64,000 nucleotides of DNA from a virus. The position numbers and the translations under genes are program-made. Every line of letters begins with the position of its first letter. Within the stretch, counting starts at the first letter, position 1. Shown here piece by piece: positions 1 to 8,531 of the stretch. The stretch lies in IMG/VR virus record IMGVR_UViG_3300011008_000022; one strand, given 5' to 3'. Under the pieces are notes generated by a model. That model made no database searches, was not told the origin of the DNA, and saw only the letters and a program-made list of their open reading frames with translations.

Positions 1-83
1 GCCGTTTCTGCCGTGATTGGTCTATTTGCCCAGATTTATGTAACCCAGTGCTCGGTGATTCCGTTGCCGAGACAAAAGATTAA
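1..83 (+). CDS. 3' end of an upstream ORF (partial, runs off window start)
   Basis: Frame 3 is open from the window edge to TAA at 81-83 (..CPDLCNPVLGDSVAETKD*). The tail is encoded by a copy of the VLGDSVAE hairpin element (51-71). Confidence 0.35.
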   Translation, partial: RFCRDWSICPDLCNPVLGDSVAETKD

Positions 84-130
84 CCACCGTGCCCAGCCGT
101 TCTCGGCTGGGTCTAATAACCCAAAGTAAT

Positions 131-592
131 ATGGAAAAAGAACAAATGAATTTTGATGTTCAGGCCGCTAAGTATCTCGGCCAGATTGAGAAAAAAGAAG
201 TGTATAACCAGGGCGATATGGAAACATGTTTCGTTACTGGTTGTATGGTTGCCTCTGAACTGCAGGAGGATTGTACGGGAACCTTTGGCCAGGCTATCGG
301 CTCTTTGCGCCATGGTAAGCTCGTGGCACGTAAAGGATGGAATGGTAAGGGCATGTTCCTCTTTATGCGTCCTTTTGATAGTCTGGATGATAAGTTTGTC
401 ATCGATACGATGAAGTCGGCACCATTCAATTATAAAGAATGGCTGAAAAACCACCCCTCTGAGGATGGACGTGTCCTCTTCCGTGAATATATCTGTATGA
501 AGGCTGCTGATGGTTCTGTAGTGAATGGTTGGCTCGCCTCTCAGACGGATATGCTTTCTGATGACTGGGAAATTGTTGATCCTAATAAGTAA
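131..592 (+). CDS. DUF2829-like phage protein
   Basis: The ORF track gives 89-592, but the first 14 codons are a GTG read-through of hairpin 92-111; the first ATG is at 131. The motif GKLVARKGWNGKGMFLF resembles the DUF2829 family, recognised from memory. Confidence 0.55.
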   Translation: MEKEQMNFDVQAAKYLGQIEKKEVYNQGDMETCFVTGCMVASELQEDCTGTFGQAIGSLRHGKLVARKGWNGKGMFLFMRPFDSLDDKFVIDTMKSAPFNYKEWLKNHPSEDGRVLFREYICMKAADGSVVNGWLASQTDMLSDDWEIVDPNK

Positions 593-597
593 TCGTT

Positions 598-1215
598 ATG
601 GGAGAAATCAAGGTTACTGTTCCTGATGGTAAGAAAGCCGAATGGAAAGAACTTAATGGCGTTACGGTTTTAACGCTCGTGGATGCTGATAATAACCAGC
701 AGTCAGAGTACGTCCCCGACCCTCGCCCCGTCACAGAACGCATCAAAACTTTCGAGGATGCTTGCGATGACCTCAATCGCCGTGCTCAGGCTGGCGACAA
801 ACTGGCTAACGATCTGATGACCGACCTCCAGTTTAACTCGCCACGTACACCCGACCTGCTTGCTTACATCCAACTGCGCATCATTACCTATGCCCTCAAT
901 GAAGGATGGGTGCCACAGTTTACTGAGGATGAATATCGCTACTATCCTTACTTCTACCTCTATACCCAGAAGGAGATAGACGAAATGAGTGAGGATGATA
1001 AGGCACAGCTGCTGCTCGTCGGGGGTGACGCGGCTTACGGTGCGCAATGCGGTCTCTCGTCTGCGTACTCGTCTCTCGGTTTCTCGGTCTCGCCCGCGAG
1101 CATCGGCGCTCGCCTGGCCTTCAAATCGAGCGAACTCGCGAAATACGCTGGTCGCCAATTCGCTGCGCTATGGTCGGCCCTGGTCTTCAAACCAATTCCT
1201 GAAGAGCAGAAGTAA
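598..1215 (+). CDS. DGR variable protein 2 (remote target, C-terminal C-type-lectin-like VR)
   Basis: The 205 aa ORF has codons 137-175 encoded by VR2 (1007-1122). VR2 matches TR 20052-20167 except at TR adenines. The motif QLLLVGG..G..CG......IGARLAF is shared with ORF 18497-19750. Confidence 0.85.
   Translation: MGEIKVTVPDGKKAEWKELNGVTVLTLVDADNNQQSEYVPDPRPVTERIKTFEDACDDLNRRAQAGDKLANDLMTDLQFNSPRTPDLLAYIQLRIITYALNEGWVPQFTEDEYRYYPYFYLYTQKEIDEMSEDDKAQLLLVGGDAAYGAQCGLSSAYSSLGFSVSPASIGARLAFKSSELAKYAGRQFAALWSALVFKPIPEEQK
1007..1122 (+). repeat. DGR variable region VR2
   Basis: Ungapped 116 nt alignment to TR. There are 19 mismatches, all at TR adenine positions, and all 89 non-A positions are identical. 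Confidence 0.9.
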
Positions 1216-1216
1216 T

Positions 1217-1984
1217 ATGATGAACATTGACACCATATATAACATGGATTGTCTCGAAGGTATGAGGCAGATGGAGGATAACAGCGTAGATGCTGTTATC
1301 ACTTCACCGCCTTATAACTTCGGCTTACGCATCCATTCTGGTAAATATACCAAATGGACGAAGGGTGAGACATTCGGTTATACCGGCCTCCCTGCTAATC
1401 GTTACGACAACCGTGTGAATGATGCGCTGTCAATGGATGACTATTTCAACTGGCAATGTCAGTGTATCGACGAAATGTTACGTGTCAGCAAAGGACCTGT
1501 CTTCTATAACATAATGATGATAACAGGTAATAAGGTGGCTCTGATGAAAATCTTTGGCCACTTCGCTGACCGCATCCGTGATATCCTTATCTGGGATAAG
1601 AAATCGTCTGAACCGGCCATGCACTCAGGAGTGCTCAACTGTGAGTATGAATTTATCATTGCTTTCGATAAGCACGATTGTAAAGGTCGCCAGTTTCCTC
1701 TGTTGAACGCTGAACGTGGTAAACTTTCCAATGTTTTGAGAATTGGAAAGAACCACAAAGGAGGTCATCGGGCAGCATTCCCTACCCTCTTACCTCAGAC
1801 GCTCATCCACTATTTCATGCCAATGGGGGGGGTAATTCTCGACCCTTTTCTTGGAAGCGGCACTACAGCAGTAGCAGCTATCAAAGAGAAAAGTCATTAT
1901 ATAGGCTTTGAACTTCATCCAGAGTATTTCGCAATGGCTGAGAAGAATCTCAAAATAGAATTATCACAACAAACATTATTTTAA
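1217..1984 (+). CDS. DNA methyltransferase, beta-class N4/N6 (SPPY motif)
   Basis: Starts MMNIDTIYNMDCLEGM. It has DAVITSPPYN (motif IV) upstream of ILDPFLGSGTTAVAA (motif I). The track ORF 989-1984 has an N-terminal extension that reads out of frame across VR2. Confidence 0.8.
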   Translation: MMNIDTIYNMDCLEGMRQMEDNSVDAVITSPPYNFGLRIHSGKYTKWTKGETFGYTGLPANRYDNRVNDALSMDDYFNWQCQCIDEMLRVSKGPVFYNIMMITGNKVALMKIFGHFADRIRDILIWDKKSSEPAMHSGVLNCEYEFIIAFDKHDCKGRQFPLLNAERGKLSNVLRIGKNHKGGHRAAFPTLLPQTLIHYFMPMGGVILDPFLGSGTTAVAAIKEKSHYIGFELHPEYFAMAEKNLKIELSQQTLF

Positions 1985-1985
1985 T

Positions 1986-2348
1986 ATGGAACCTATAACA
2001 GCAATTCGTAAAAAACTGCCAGATGCACTACTGGCAAAATTGGACTTTGATGTGGTTCTTTCTAAACGTCAGATCGTCGAAAAGGTAGAAGCACTTGAAC
2101 CAACCTTCGGTGGCATGGCAGTACACTATGATCATAGTGGTAAACGCCTCGAAGTTATTTGGAGTAAAACTCTCCAACAGCGATGGTTCGGCAAGTTAAG
2201 CAAAGGTCAAAAGGTCATGGTTGGCAAACAACGTGGCACTCTCGCCGATACAGGCGTTTTCTGGTGTGGTCCTGACCGTTGTGTCTCTGTTGATTTCGGC
2301 AAAGGTGGTGAAGCCTACGATATCACCAATGTAATTCCCGCCGAATAA
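1986..2348 (+). CDS. hypothetical protein
   Basis: 120 aa ORF starting 2 nt after the previous stop, in the same-strand operon. No motif recognised. Confidence 0.6.
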   Translation: MEPITAIRKKLPDALLAKLDFDVVLSKRQIVEKVEALEPTFGGMAVHYDHSGKRLEVIWSKTLQQRWFGKLSKGQKVMVGKQRGTLADTGVFWCGPDRCVSVDFGKGGEAYDITNVIPAE

Positions 2349-2403
2349 TGTCCCGTTTCTTGTATGTCGCGATTCTATTGCGACCTTTAAACCTCAAAAT
2401 CCC

Positions 2404-2649
2404 ATGAATATATTTCAAACATCCAAGCATCAGGGGGGGGCAAAATCACCCTTTGCAGGCAACGGTCTCAGCCGCACCGCCATGATCTTCAAAATTGCTA
2501 CGATTGCTGGTCACAAACTGACGGTGCCTGAAATGAATAAGTTTAAAGAGGTCAATCCTCGAAGTCTTGAACGAGTATATAACGAAGTAGTCCGTGTAGG
2601 CGATGCTGGTAACGCTCTTTTCGCCCTCCGGCTCATCTTAAAGAATTAA
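2404..2649 (+). CDS. hypothetical protein
   Basis: 81 aa ORF preceded by leader hairpin 2366-2384 with a 19 nt spacer. Confidence 0.5.
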   Translation: MNIFQTSKHQGGAKSPFAGNGLSRTAMIFKIATIAGHKLTVPEMNKFKEVNPRSLERVYNEVVRVGDAGNALFALRLILKN

Positions 2650-2651
2650 CA

Positions 2652-3215
2652 ATGGAGAAAAAGAAAAACTATCGCGTCTATATAGCGCTCGACCTCGTGA
2701 CAGAGGACGAAGGCAAAAGCCTTGCTATGGTCAACATCCGACGGATGTCTAACGAACCATGCCCCATGCCCGTAATGACCGCATTCATGCAGGGTATGAG
2801 CAAACTGGCTCCCAAGGTGATGATTACCCAGCAGCCATCTTACGGCAAAGACAACCAGCGGGTCCTGGCATCGCCTGCAGATGACTTCGATTGTGACGAT
2901 TACGAGAAGGGTACGCCAGAAGGCCGTTGTGATGGCATGGGCCATTACCTCTGCGATGAATGTAAGTGGCGTAACCCTGAGTCTATTCGTCAGAAGCACG
3001 AAGACTGGATGCGTCACATGGCACATAAAAAGGATTTGCCCAAGATCCGTGCCCGTGTCATCGACACCGACGAGGAAGTGCTGGTTGATGATCACCCCAT
3101 CGACTTCTTCCACACCACATACTATAACATGTGGCACAACACCGAGAATGGGATGACATACCATGATGATGACCTCGAATTTATCGACGAACGTTTGCAA
3201 AAGATAAAGCAATGA
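2652..3215 (+). CDS. hypothetical protein (Cys/His- and acid-rich)
   Basis: 187 aa ORF. Its stop overlaps the next start (ATGA at 3212-3215). Confidence 0.6.
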   Translation: MEKKKNYRVYIALDLVTEDEGKSLAMVNIRRMSNEPCPMPVMTAFMQGMSKLAPKVMITQQPSYGKDNQRVLASPADDFDCDDYEKGTPEGRCDGMGHYLCDECKWRNPESIRQKHEDWMRHMAHKKDLPKIRARVIDTDEEVLVDDHPIDFFHTTYYNMWHNTENGMTYHDDDLEFIDERLQKIKQ

Positions 3216-3823
3216 ATAAGTTACGCTCTATCCGTTTCCGTCAGGCTCTCACCCAACTTATCATCGAGGGACTGAAGGATAACACACGCCGACTGACTAC
3301 CGATCGCCAGTATGACGTGGGCGAAGTCCTGGCTATTTCCGAAGCCTACGGTTTCATCTATCGCGGTCTTCCTGATGTAGAGAAACAAGCCTACCTCAAT
3401 CGCCTAAAACGTGAACTCGATTGTGAAGACCCTACCCGTCATCCTGGCTGGGAAAACAAACTCTACGTGCGTCCAGAACTGATGCAGCATCGTATAGAAA
3501 TCATCGAGAAGCGCAACCAGCTCCTTCAGGATATATCTGATGCCGACATTATGCGTGAGGGTATCGTTCATGGTGACGTGCCCTGCCGGAACATTGAAAC
3601 AGGCGAAGAGGGTGACTATACCTGGATAGACATCAAACGTAAGCGTCTCGCTAACGGTAAGTACCACGTCCATATCTTTCACCACGTCCATTGCAACCCT
3701 CGCGAAGCATTCGCCGACATGTTCAACAGTATCTGTGGCAAAGGCACCTGGGAAAGCAACCCTCCCGTCGTGGCCTATACCTTCAAACTCCTAAGTAAAA
3801 ATGACAATCGATTTGAATTTTAA
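3212..3823 (+). CDS. hypothetical protein (possible ASCH/PUA-like N-terminus)
   Basis: 203 aa ORF. The N-terminal LIIEGLKDNTRR loosely resembles an ASCH-type motif; this assignment is weak. Confidence 0.5.
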   Translation: MNKLRSIRFRQALTQLIIEGLKDNTRRLTTDRQYDVGEVLAISEAYGFIYRGLPDVEKQAYLNRLKRELDCEDPTRHPGWENKLYVRPELMQHRIEIIEKRNQLLQDISDADIMREGIVHGDVPCRNIETGEEGDYTWIDIKRKRLANGKYHVHIFHHVHCNPREAFADMFNSICGKGTWESNPPVVAYTFKLLSKNDNRFEF

Positions 3824-3826
3824 GCA

Positions 3827-4645
3827 ATGAAACGAAATCATATTTCCCGTGCAAAGGCCATAGATGATGGCCGCTGGGTTCAAGGCGAACTGCATACCAT
3901 GACGCATCGCCCACACATCCATATAAACGCCTTGGAGAAAGCCGACATCGATCCCGATACCATTGGGGACTACACCGGCTGGCGTGATAAGAACGATAAG
4001 CCTATCTTTGAGGGCGATATTCTCTCACTGATTATTCCTGATGGAACGGCTCGCCTGTTTGTCGTCGAATGGAAAAACCAACTGCGTCACCTGAAACCGC
4101 TCAAAGGCTTTATCGATGATAATACCCCCGTCGAAATCTCCGGCTGGTGCTTCCGCTGGGGACAGCATCACCTCTTACCCTCTTACATCGGTCATCAGCC
4201 AGACTATAAGCGCATGGAGATTGTCGGTAACATCTACGACAATGCCAACCTCCTGACGGATGATGCAGAAGAGGAAATCGAGGGCAAACGTGAGCTGATA
4301 GGGAACACTTGCTGTATCTCTGACAAACCAGGCATTCAGGTATTCATGTATGATCTGAAAGATGAGCATGGTAGATGGCTCGCTCGTGTCATTCTCACCT
4401 CTGAAGGTCTCTTTATGTCTTACTCTGAATGGGGTAACTTCTTCCATTACTTCAATGCACCAGGCAAAGACGGCATCCGTAAGTTTATGCTGGGCATCTA
4501 TGAAGACTATTTCGCTGGCAAACTCTGTGAAGTGGAATGGAATACCTCTACCACCAAAGTACGAGCTGCTGCAAAGCGTTACGTGAAGCATGTCCTTCCC
4601 GTTCTCAAAGTGGCTATTGAAAATCAGTTAAAGCAGGAAGAATAA
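3827..4645 (+). CDS. YopX-like domain protein
   Basis: YTGWRDKNDKPIFEGDIL and MEIVGNIYDN resemble conserved YopX family blocks. Confidence 0.6.
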   Translation: MKRNHISRAKAIDDGRWVQGELHTMTHRPHIHINALEKADIDPDTIGDYTGWRDKNDKPIFEGDILSLIIPDGTARLFVVEWKNQLRHLKPLKGFIDDNTPVEISGWCFRWGQHHLLPSYIGHQPDYKRMEIVGNIYDNANLLTDDAEEEIEGKRELIGNTCCISDKPGIQVFMYDLKDEHGRWLARVILTSEGLFMSYSEWGNFFHYFNAPGKDGIRKFMLGIYEDYFAGKLCEVEWNTSTTKVRAAAKRYVKHVLPVLKVAIENQLKQEE

Positions 4646-5133
4646 TGAACCAGACACAGCGCAATCCCGTAGTAAGCTCCGATGAGTGGTACACACCCAA
4701 ATGGGTCATCGAGGAGTTAGGGCCATTTGACCTCGATCCGTGTGCCCCTATGTCGCCGCCCTATGAGATTGCGCCACTCTCTTACAACAAACAGCAGGAC
4801 GGTCTCAAACAGGAATGGCCCGACACAGCACTGGTCTTTATGAACCCGCCATATAGCCGTCCGCTGCTGCGTCCATTCGTTGAGAAGTTGGCAGAGCATA
4901 ACAATGGTATCGCCTTACTGAAGAACCAGGTCGATAACCTGCTCTTTCAGGAGGTCATCTTTCCAAAGGCGAAGTCCATGATCTTCATGCGCCATCGCAT
5001 CAAGTTCCTGCAACCTGATGGCACAACAGGCTCACCGTTTTTCGGTTCCGTCCTCGTTGCTTTTGGCTTTGAAGCAGATACTCGCCTGCGCCAATCCTCG
5101 ATACAAGGTAAATATCTAATTCTTAATCGATAA
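4645..5133 (+). CDS. phage Dam-type N6-adenine DNA methyltransferase
   Basis: Motifs SDEWYTPKWVIEELGPFDLDPCA and FMNPPYSR are typical of the small phage N-6-adenine methyltransferase family. Confidence 0.75.
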   Translation: MNQTQRNPVVSSDEWYTPKWVIEELGPFDLDPCAPMSPPYEIAPLSYNKQQDGLKQEWPDTALVFMNPPYSRPLLRPFVEKLAEHNNGIALLKNQVDNLLFQEVIFPKAKSMIFMRHRIKFLQPDGTTGSPFFGSVLVAFGFEADTRLRQSSIQGKYLILNR

Positions 5134-5136
5134 AAT

Positions 5137-5460
5137 ATGCCCTACGGAGTATGTAAAATATGCGGATGCACAGACACCGACCCCTGTCACAACCCGACAC
5201 ATGGTAATTGCTGGTGGGTCGATGATACGCACGAACTGTGTTCCCACTGTGCTGAAAAAGAAATCGCTGACGATCCCGCTACTCAGCATTGTATCAATAG
5301 CAAAGGTTTTGACCCTTATGCCGGCATTCAGCGCAAAGATCTCGCCTCTCTCGGCTGTCCGTTCCCAGACGATGACGGTGCCATGTGTTCCGAATGTTCG
5401 CACAACAGCGTCAACAGCATCTTTACAGGCCAATGTGATTTAGGTATTAAAATAGTGTGA
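5137..5460 (+). CDS. hypothetical Cys-rich protein
   Basis: 107 aa ORF with several CxxC-like pairs (CKICGC, CSHC, CSEC). Confidence 0.55.
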   Translation: MPYGVCKICGCTDTDPCHNPTHGNCWWVDDTHELCSHCAEKEIADDPATQHCINSKGFDPYAGIQRKDLASLGCPFPDDDGAMCSECSHNSVNSIFTGQCDLGIKIV

Positions 5461-5467
5461 TAAATAT

Positions 5468-6013
5468 ATGAAACGTCCCCGCATCTATCTCTCAGGCCCT
5501 ATCACTGGCACTACCGACTATAAAGAGCGCTTCGAGGAAGCAGCCTTTATTGTTCAGTGTATGGGCTTTAAGCCAGTCAATCCTACCACAATGTTTGGCT
5601 GGCTGCAACCGTTGTTTTCCATTTGCCCCTATCGCTTCCAGGTCTTCGTCGATTGCATGGTACTCGCTATCTTCTGCAAGGCCATCTATCTGATGAAAGA
5701 CCACGACGCATCCAGAGGCGCACGACTCGAAAAGGCCGTGGCCGACTTCCTGAAGATGCACACTGTGCTCGCTGGTTCTGACAGCGAGAAACCAATCACA
5801 GGGGCTATGAAGGCTGTCGCCGATTTGGGCAGGGCATTCGCCTCTTTGAATGAAACAATCATCAAAGGATGGTCCGAAGAAACTAACTGCACCACTTGTG
5901 CTAACAGTCAGCAGAAAACACCGCGTGGCTACTTCTGTCCCACAACGGGCGAAACAGTCAACCGCCGTATGTGGTGTGAGGCATTCTGTCATCGTGACCC
6001 GTCTAAACAGTAA
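5468..6013 (+). CDS. DUF4406 / nucleoside 2-deoxyribosyltransferase-like protein
   Basis: N-terminal IYLSGPITGTTDYKERFEEAA..GFKPVNP and the later ASRGARLE resemble DUF4406. Confidence 0.55.
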   Translation: MKRPRIYLSGPITGTTDYKERFEEAAFIVQCMGFKPVNPTTMFGWLQPLFSICPYRFQVFVDCMVLAIFCKAIYLMKDHDASRGARLEKAVADFLKMHTVLAGSDSEKPITGAMKAVADLGRAFASLNETIIKGWSEETNCTTCANSQQKTPRGYFCPTTGETVNRRMWCEAFCHRDPSKQ

Positions 6014-6054
6014 CCGTGCCCAGCGTTTTTCCGCTGGTCCTAAATAAAAAAGTT

Positions 6055-6891
6055 ATGCTCAGAAAAGACTACCTGAAAAAGACCGTCGCACCAAAGGACG
6101 GCATCGGCATGTTCCTCGCAGAACGTGTCTGTAAAAAATGGAATGAGGATTTTGTGGATGAAGATACGCAGGAAATCGTCAGTATCGAACGTAATCAGAT
6201 CCTCTTCGACCGTGACGAGGCAGTGGACTCTAAGATGGTTAAAGACATCGAGGAGTATGGTATCACGGAGATTGTTGTGACCAACACACCAGGACGTGCC
6301 GAGGAACTGCGCCAGTTCTACCGTCTCGTACATGTCAAAGTCACCATGAAGTCTTCCGGCTCTAAGATGGGCGTGGTCATCTGCCGTGCTGAGTCTATGC
6401 GCCAGGCTATCGACCTCGCCACCGACTATACCGAGGGTGCCACAGAAGAGGTTTTTGGTGAACATGCTTCCTCATTCCATATCCTTGACGTGGAAATGCT
6501 CGACAACCTCACCTTCATCGGACGCACAGCTGCTGACATCCAGGCTGAAAAGGAGGCGCTGGAAAAGGATAAGGATGCACCTGTCAAGATGCCGTTCAAG
6601 GTACAGGCCACCTATGCCCGTGCCGACATGTGGGTAGATGGTACCAACAACAAGGAAGCCTTGGTAAAGAAACGTAAGTTTGTCTGCTGGGCACACGACA
6701 TCAAGGATGCCCGTTCCATCGTCACCGCATGGATCAAGAAAGATACTGAGACAGAAGTAGGCAGCAACAACCGTGAGACTCTGGTTATCGTGGCTGCTAA
6801 CCCTTTCACCGTGCATACCTACCTCCCTGCTGCTGTCTGCAACGAATATATCACTAACGAAGAACTGAAATTGAAAACCGAAGATGAATAG
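6055..6891 (+). CDS. hypothetical protein
   Basis: Track ORF 6016-6891. The first ATG after hairpin 6019-6037 is at 6055 (MLRKDYLKK). Confidence 0.65.
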   Translation: MLRKDYLKKTVAPKDGIGMFLAERVCKKWNEDFVDEDTQEIVSIERNQILFDRDEAVDSKMVKDIEEYGITEIVVTNTPGRAEELRQFYRLVHVKVTMKSSGSKMGVVICRAESMRQAIDLATDYTEGATEEVFGEHASSFHILDVEMLDNLTFIGRTAADIQAEKEALEKDKDAPVKMPFKVQATYARADMWVDGTNNKEALVKKRKFVCWAHDIKDARSIVTAWIKKDTETEVGSNNRETLVIVAANPFTVHTYLPAAVCNEYITNEELKLKTEDE

Positions 6892-6919
6892 GGTGCCCGC
6901 TGGTTCGTCCAGCGGGTAT

Positions 6920-6927
6920 TACCTTTG
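6920..6927 (+). promoter_or_regulatory. Bacteroidota-type -7 promoter box (TACCTTTG)
   Basis: Matches TAnnTTTG and lies 18 nt upstream of ATG 6945, just after hairpin 6896-6916. Confidence 0.45.
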
Positions 6928-6944
6928 CATTAAGAATATTGATT

Positions 6945-7685
6945 ATGGCTAACATCTATCTGCGTACTTCCAAATATGTGGCTGCTTTCATGCGAGCCAT
7001 CGGCGATGGTCAGTCGCTGCCAATGACTACACCTATCGAGTTCTCACAATATACAGAGGAATATGTGGTGTTCACCAATGGACTGCGTATTGTGCCTGAA
7101 GCACAACAGCATCGTGCCTCATGCTACTCACAGTCTTCATGGCAGAACATGCTCCGTGGCCGACTGCCTAACGGTGGCAAACCAATCATCAATCGCAATC
7201 CTGATGACTATCTCACCTATGCTGAGATATGTACGCTGGAACGATTGCCCAACAAAACAAAGACGGAGGCTTACGAGTTCCTGTGTATAGCCGTGCCTCG
7301 TGAGGTCTTCATCGACGGACGGGTACAGCGCATCAGCAAGTCATATACGCTCGATACTCGTGCGGCCAACCAACTGCGCCAGATACTACGCAATAACTTC
7401 ATTCGTCGTTATATGGATTTCGTGGAGAAAAACGAGATCTTTGCAAAGGCTAATCATATCGAACGCTCTAACGTGGAAATACTGGAGCGCTTCCTCATGG
7501 AATACGACATACCTGTGTCGCACAATCAGAACGAACGAGAGGGATTGCGTCGCCTCTCCTATCGATGGAAACAGGAGGCTCGCCAACTGGTCAAAGATCC
7601 TACCATTATCGGCAACGATTTGATTACGCGCATCGATAAACATGAGCGCTATGGTGGCCTACCTAAATATGATGATGAGAAATAA
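6945..7685 (+). CDS. hypothetical protein
   Basis: The track starts at TTG 6939; the first ATG is at 6945 (MANIYLRTSKY). No motif recognised. Confidence 0.65.
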   Translation: MANIYLRTSKYVAAFMRAIGDGQSLPMTTPIEFSQYTEEYVVFTNGLRIVPEAQQHRASCYSQSSWQNMLRGRLPNGGKPIINRNPDDYLTYAEICTLERLPNKTKTEAYEFLCIAVPREVFIDGRVQRISKSYTLDTRAANQLRQILRNNFIRRYMDFVEKNEIFAKANHIERSNVEILERFLMEYDIPVSHNQNEREGLRRLSYRWKQEARQLVKDPTIIGNDLITRIDKHERYGGLPKYDDEK

Positions 7686-7820
7686 GAATTTTCAATGTAA
7701 AAAAGTTCAAAATCAAACAACAAAAAAGATTAAAAACAACTGTATTTTCGTGTTTTTTATGTTGACAGTGTGTCACGTTCTATTGCAGAATTTAAATAAC
7801 CCCATAAAAAAAGTACAATT

Positions 7821-8312
7821 ATGAACGATTTGAATTGCCGTGAGTCCCGTTTGGATGATATCGTTCGCATCGATATCTATCCGGCTTCCCAATGCTCCAT
7901 CCCTGTGCCGCCAACCATCAGCATTCAGTCTTTGGTGGAAAACAACTTTTTCTCTGGTACACCGGCTTTGTCGGTGGCGCTCTCTGTGTCGGAAGAGACT
8001 GAGGGCGAAATGACGGACGCTCCTACACTGAAGGTTTCAACAGGTCGCCAACAGGCAGGAACAGTCTATAAGCATGATTTGCAAATCCCGCTGAAAAACG
8101 ACAAAACCCTTGCAGAAAGGGCTGTTGACGCATTGCAGGGGCACGATTTCCATTGTGTCTATACACATGCTGACGGTGCCAGGGATATGTCCTACGCACT
8201 TCCTAATGCCAGCACCATAGACATCGACGAACAGCTGTCATCCAATTCGTCTGTCATCGTCAAAGTGAAGGTGGCTTCCATGTCGCATCCAGTCATACTC
8301 TCCGCCTCCTAA
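7821..8312 (+). CDS. hypothetical protein
   Basis: 163 aa ORF preceded by an AT-rich 135 nt gap that holds inverted repeat TGACA-GTG-TGTCA at 7763-7775. Confidence 0.6.
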   Translation: MNDLNCRESRLDDIVRIDIYPASQCSIPVPPTISIQSLVENNFFSGTPALSVALSVSEETEGEMTDAPTLKVSTGRQQAGTVYKHDLQIPLKNDKTLAERAVDALQGHDFHCVYTHADGARDMSYALPNASTIDIDEQLSSNSSVIVKVKVASMSHPVILSAS

Positions 8313-8378
8313 TATATATATAATGTATAGGGTGCCCAGCGATTCAGTCGCTGGTGTCTCTCCGCTCCTACCACCCAG

Positions 8379-8405
8379 CCCAGCCGTTCTCGGTTGGGCT
8401 TTTTT
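8379..8405 (+). terminator. hairpin plus T-tract (rho-independent terminator candidate)
   Basis: CCCAGCCG-TTCT-CGGTTGGG followed by CTTTTTT. Confidence 0.6.
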
Positions 8406-8498
8406 GTGTTGTATGCTGCTATGTTTTAGCAGCCATCCCTCCCCCTAAACGCTCATTTCACATCGAAAAACACCCCCAATCTCATCACACGCATTCAA

Positions 8499-8506
8499 TA
8501 CCTTTG
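8499..8506 (+). promoter_or_regulatory. -7 promoter box (TACCTTTG), candidate late-operon promoter
   Basis: TAnnTTTG match 26 nt upstream of ATG 8532, downstream of two terminator-like hairpins. Confidence 0.5.
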
Positions 8507-8531
8507 CCGTAGAATTAAAATTCGCAAAAGT

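Noticed and set aside
89-130. GTG/ATG-initiated N-terminal extensions reading MPSRSRLG.. or MATVPSRSRLG.. on track ORFs 89-592, 6016-6891, 17241-18473, 33458-34267 and 34281-36941. They look like a conserved leader peptide.
   Set aside because: The peptide is simply the translation of the H1 hairpin (GTG CCC AGC CGT TCT CGG CTG GGT). In other copies the same frame hits a stop (22615-22654) or is out of frame with the next gene (23152 versus 23192). About one third are in frame, as expected by chance. I placed starts at the first ATG after the hairpin.
989-1216. Long form of the methyltransferase ORF (989-1984), whose first 76 codons overlap VR2.
   Set aside because: The extension is an alternative-frame read of the GC-rich VR2 region (R/S/A-rich). 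The methyltransferase homology begins at MMNIDTIYNMDCLEG (1217), right after the target-2 stop.
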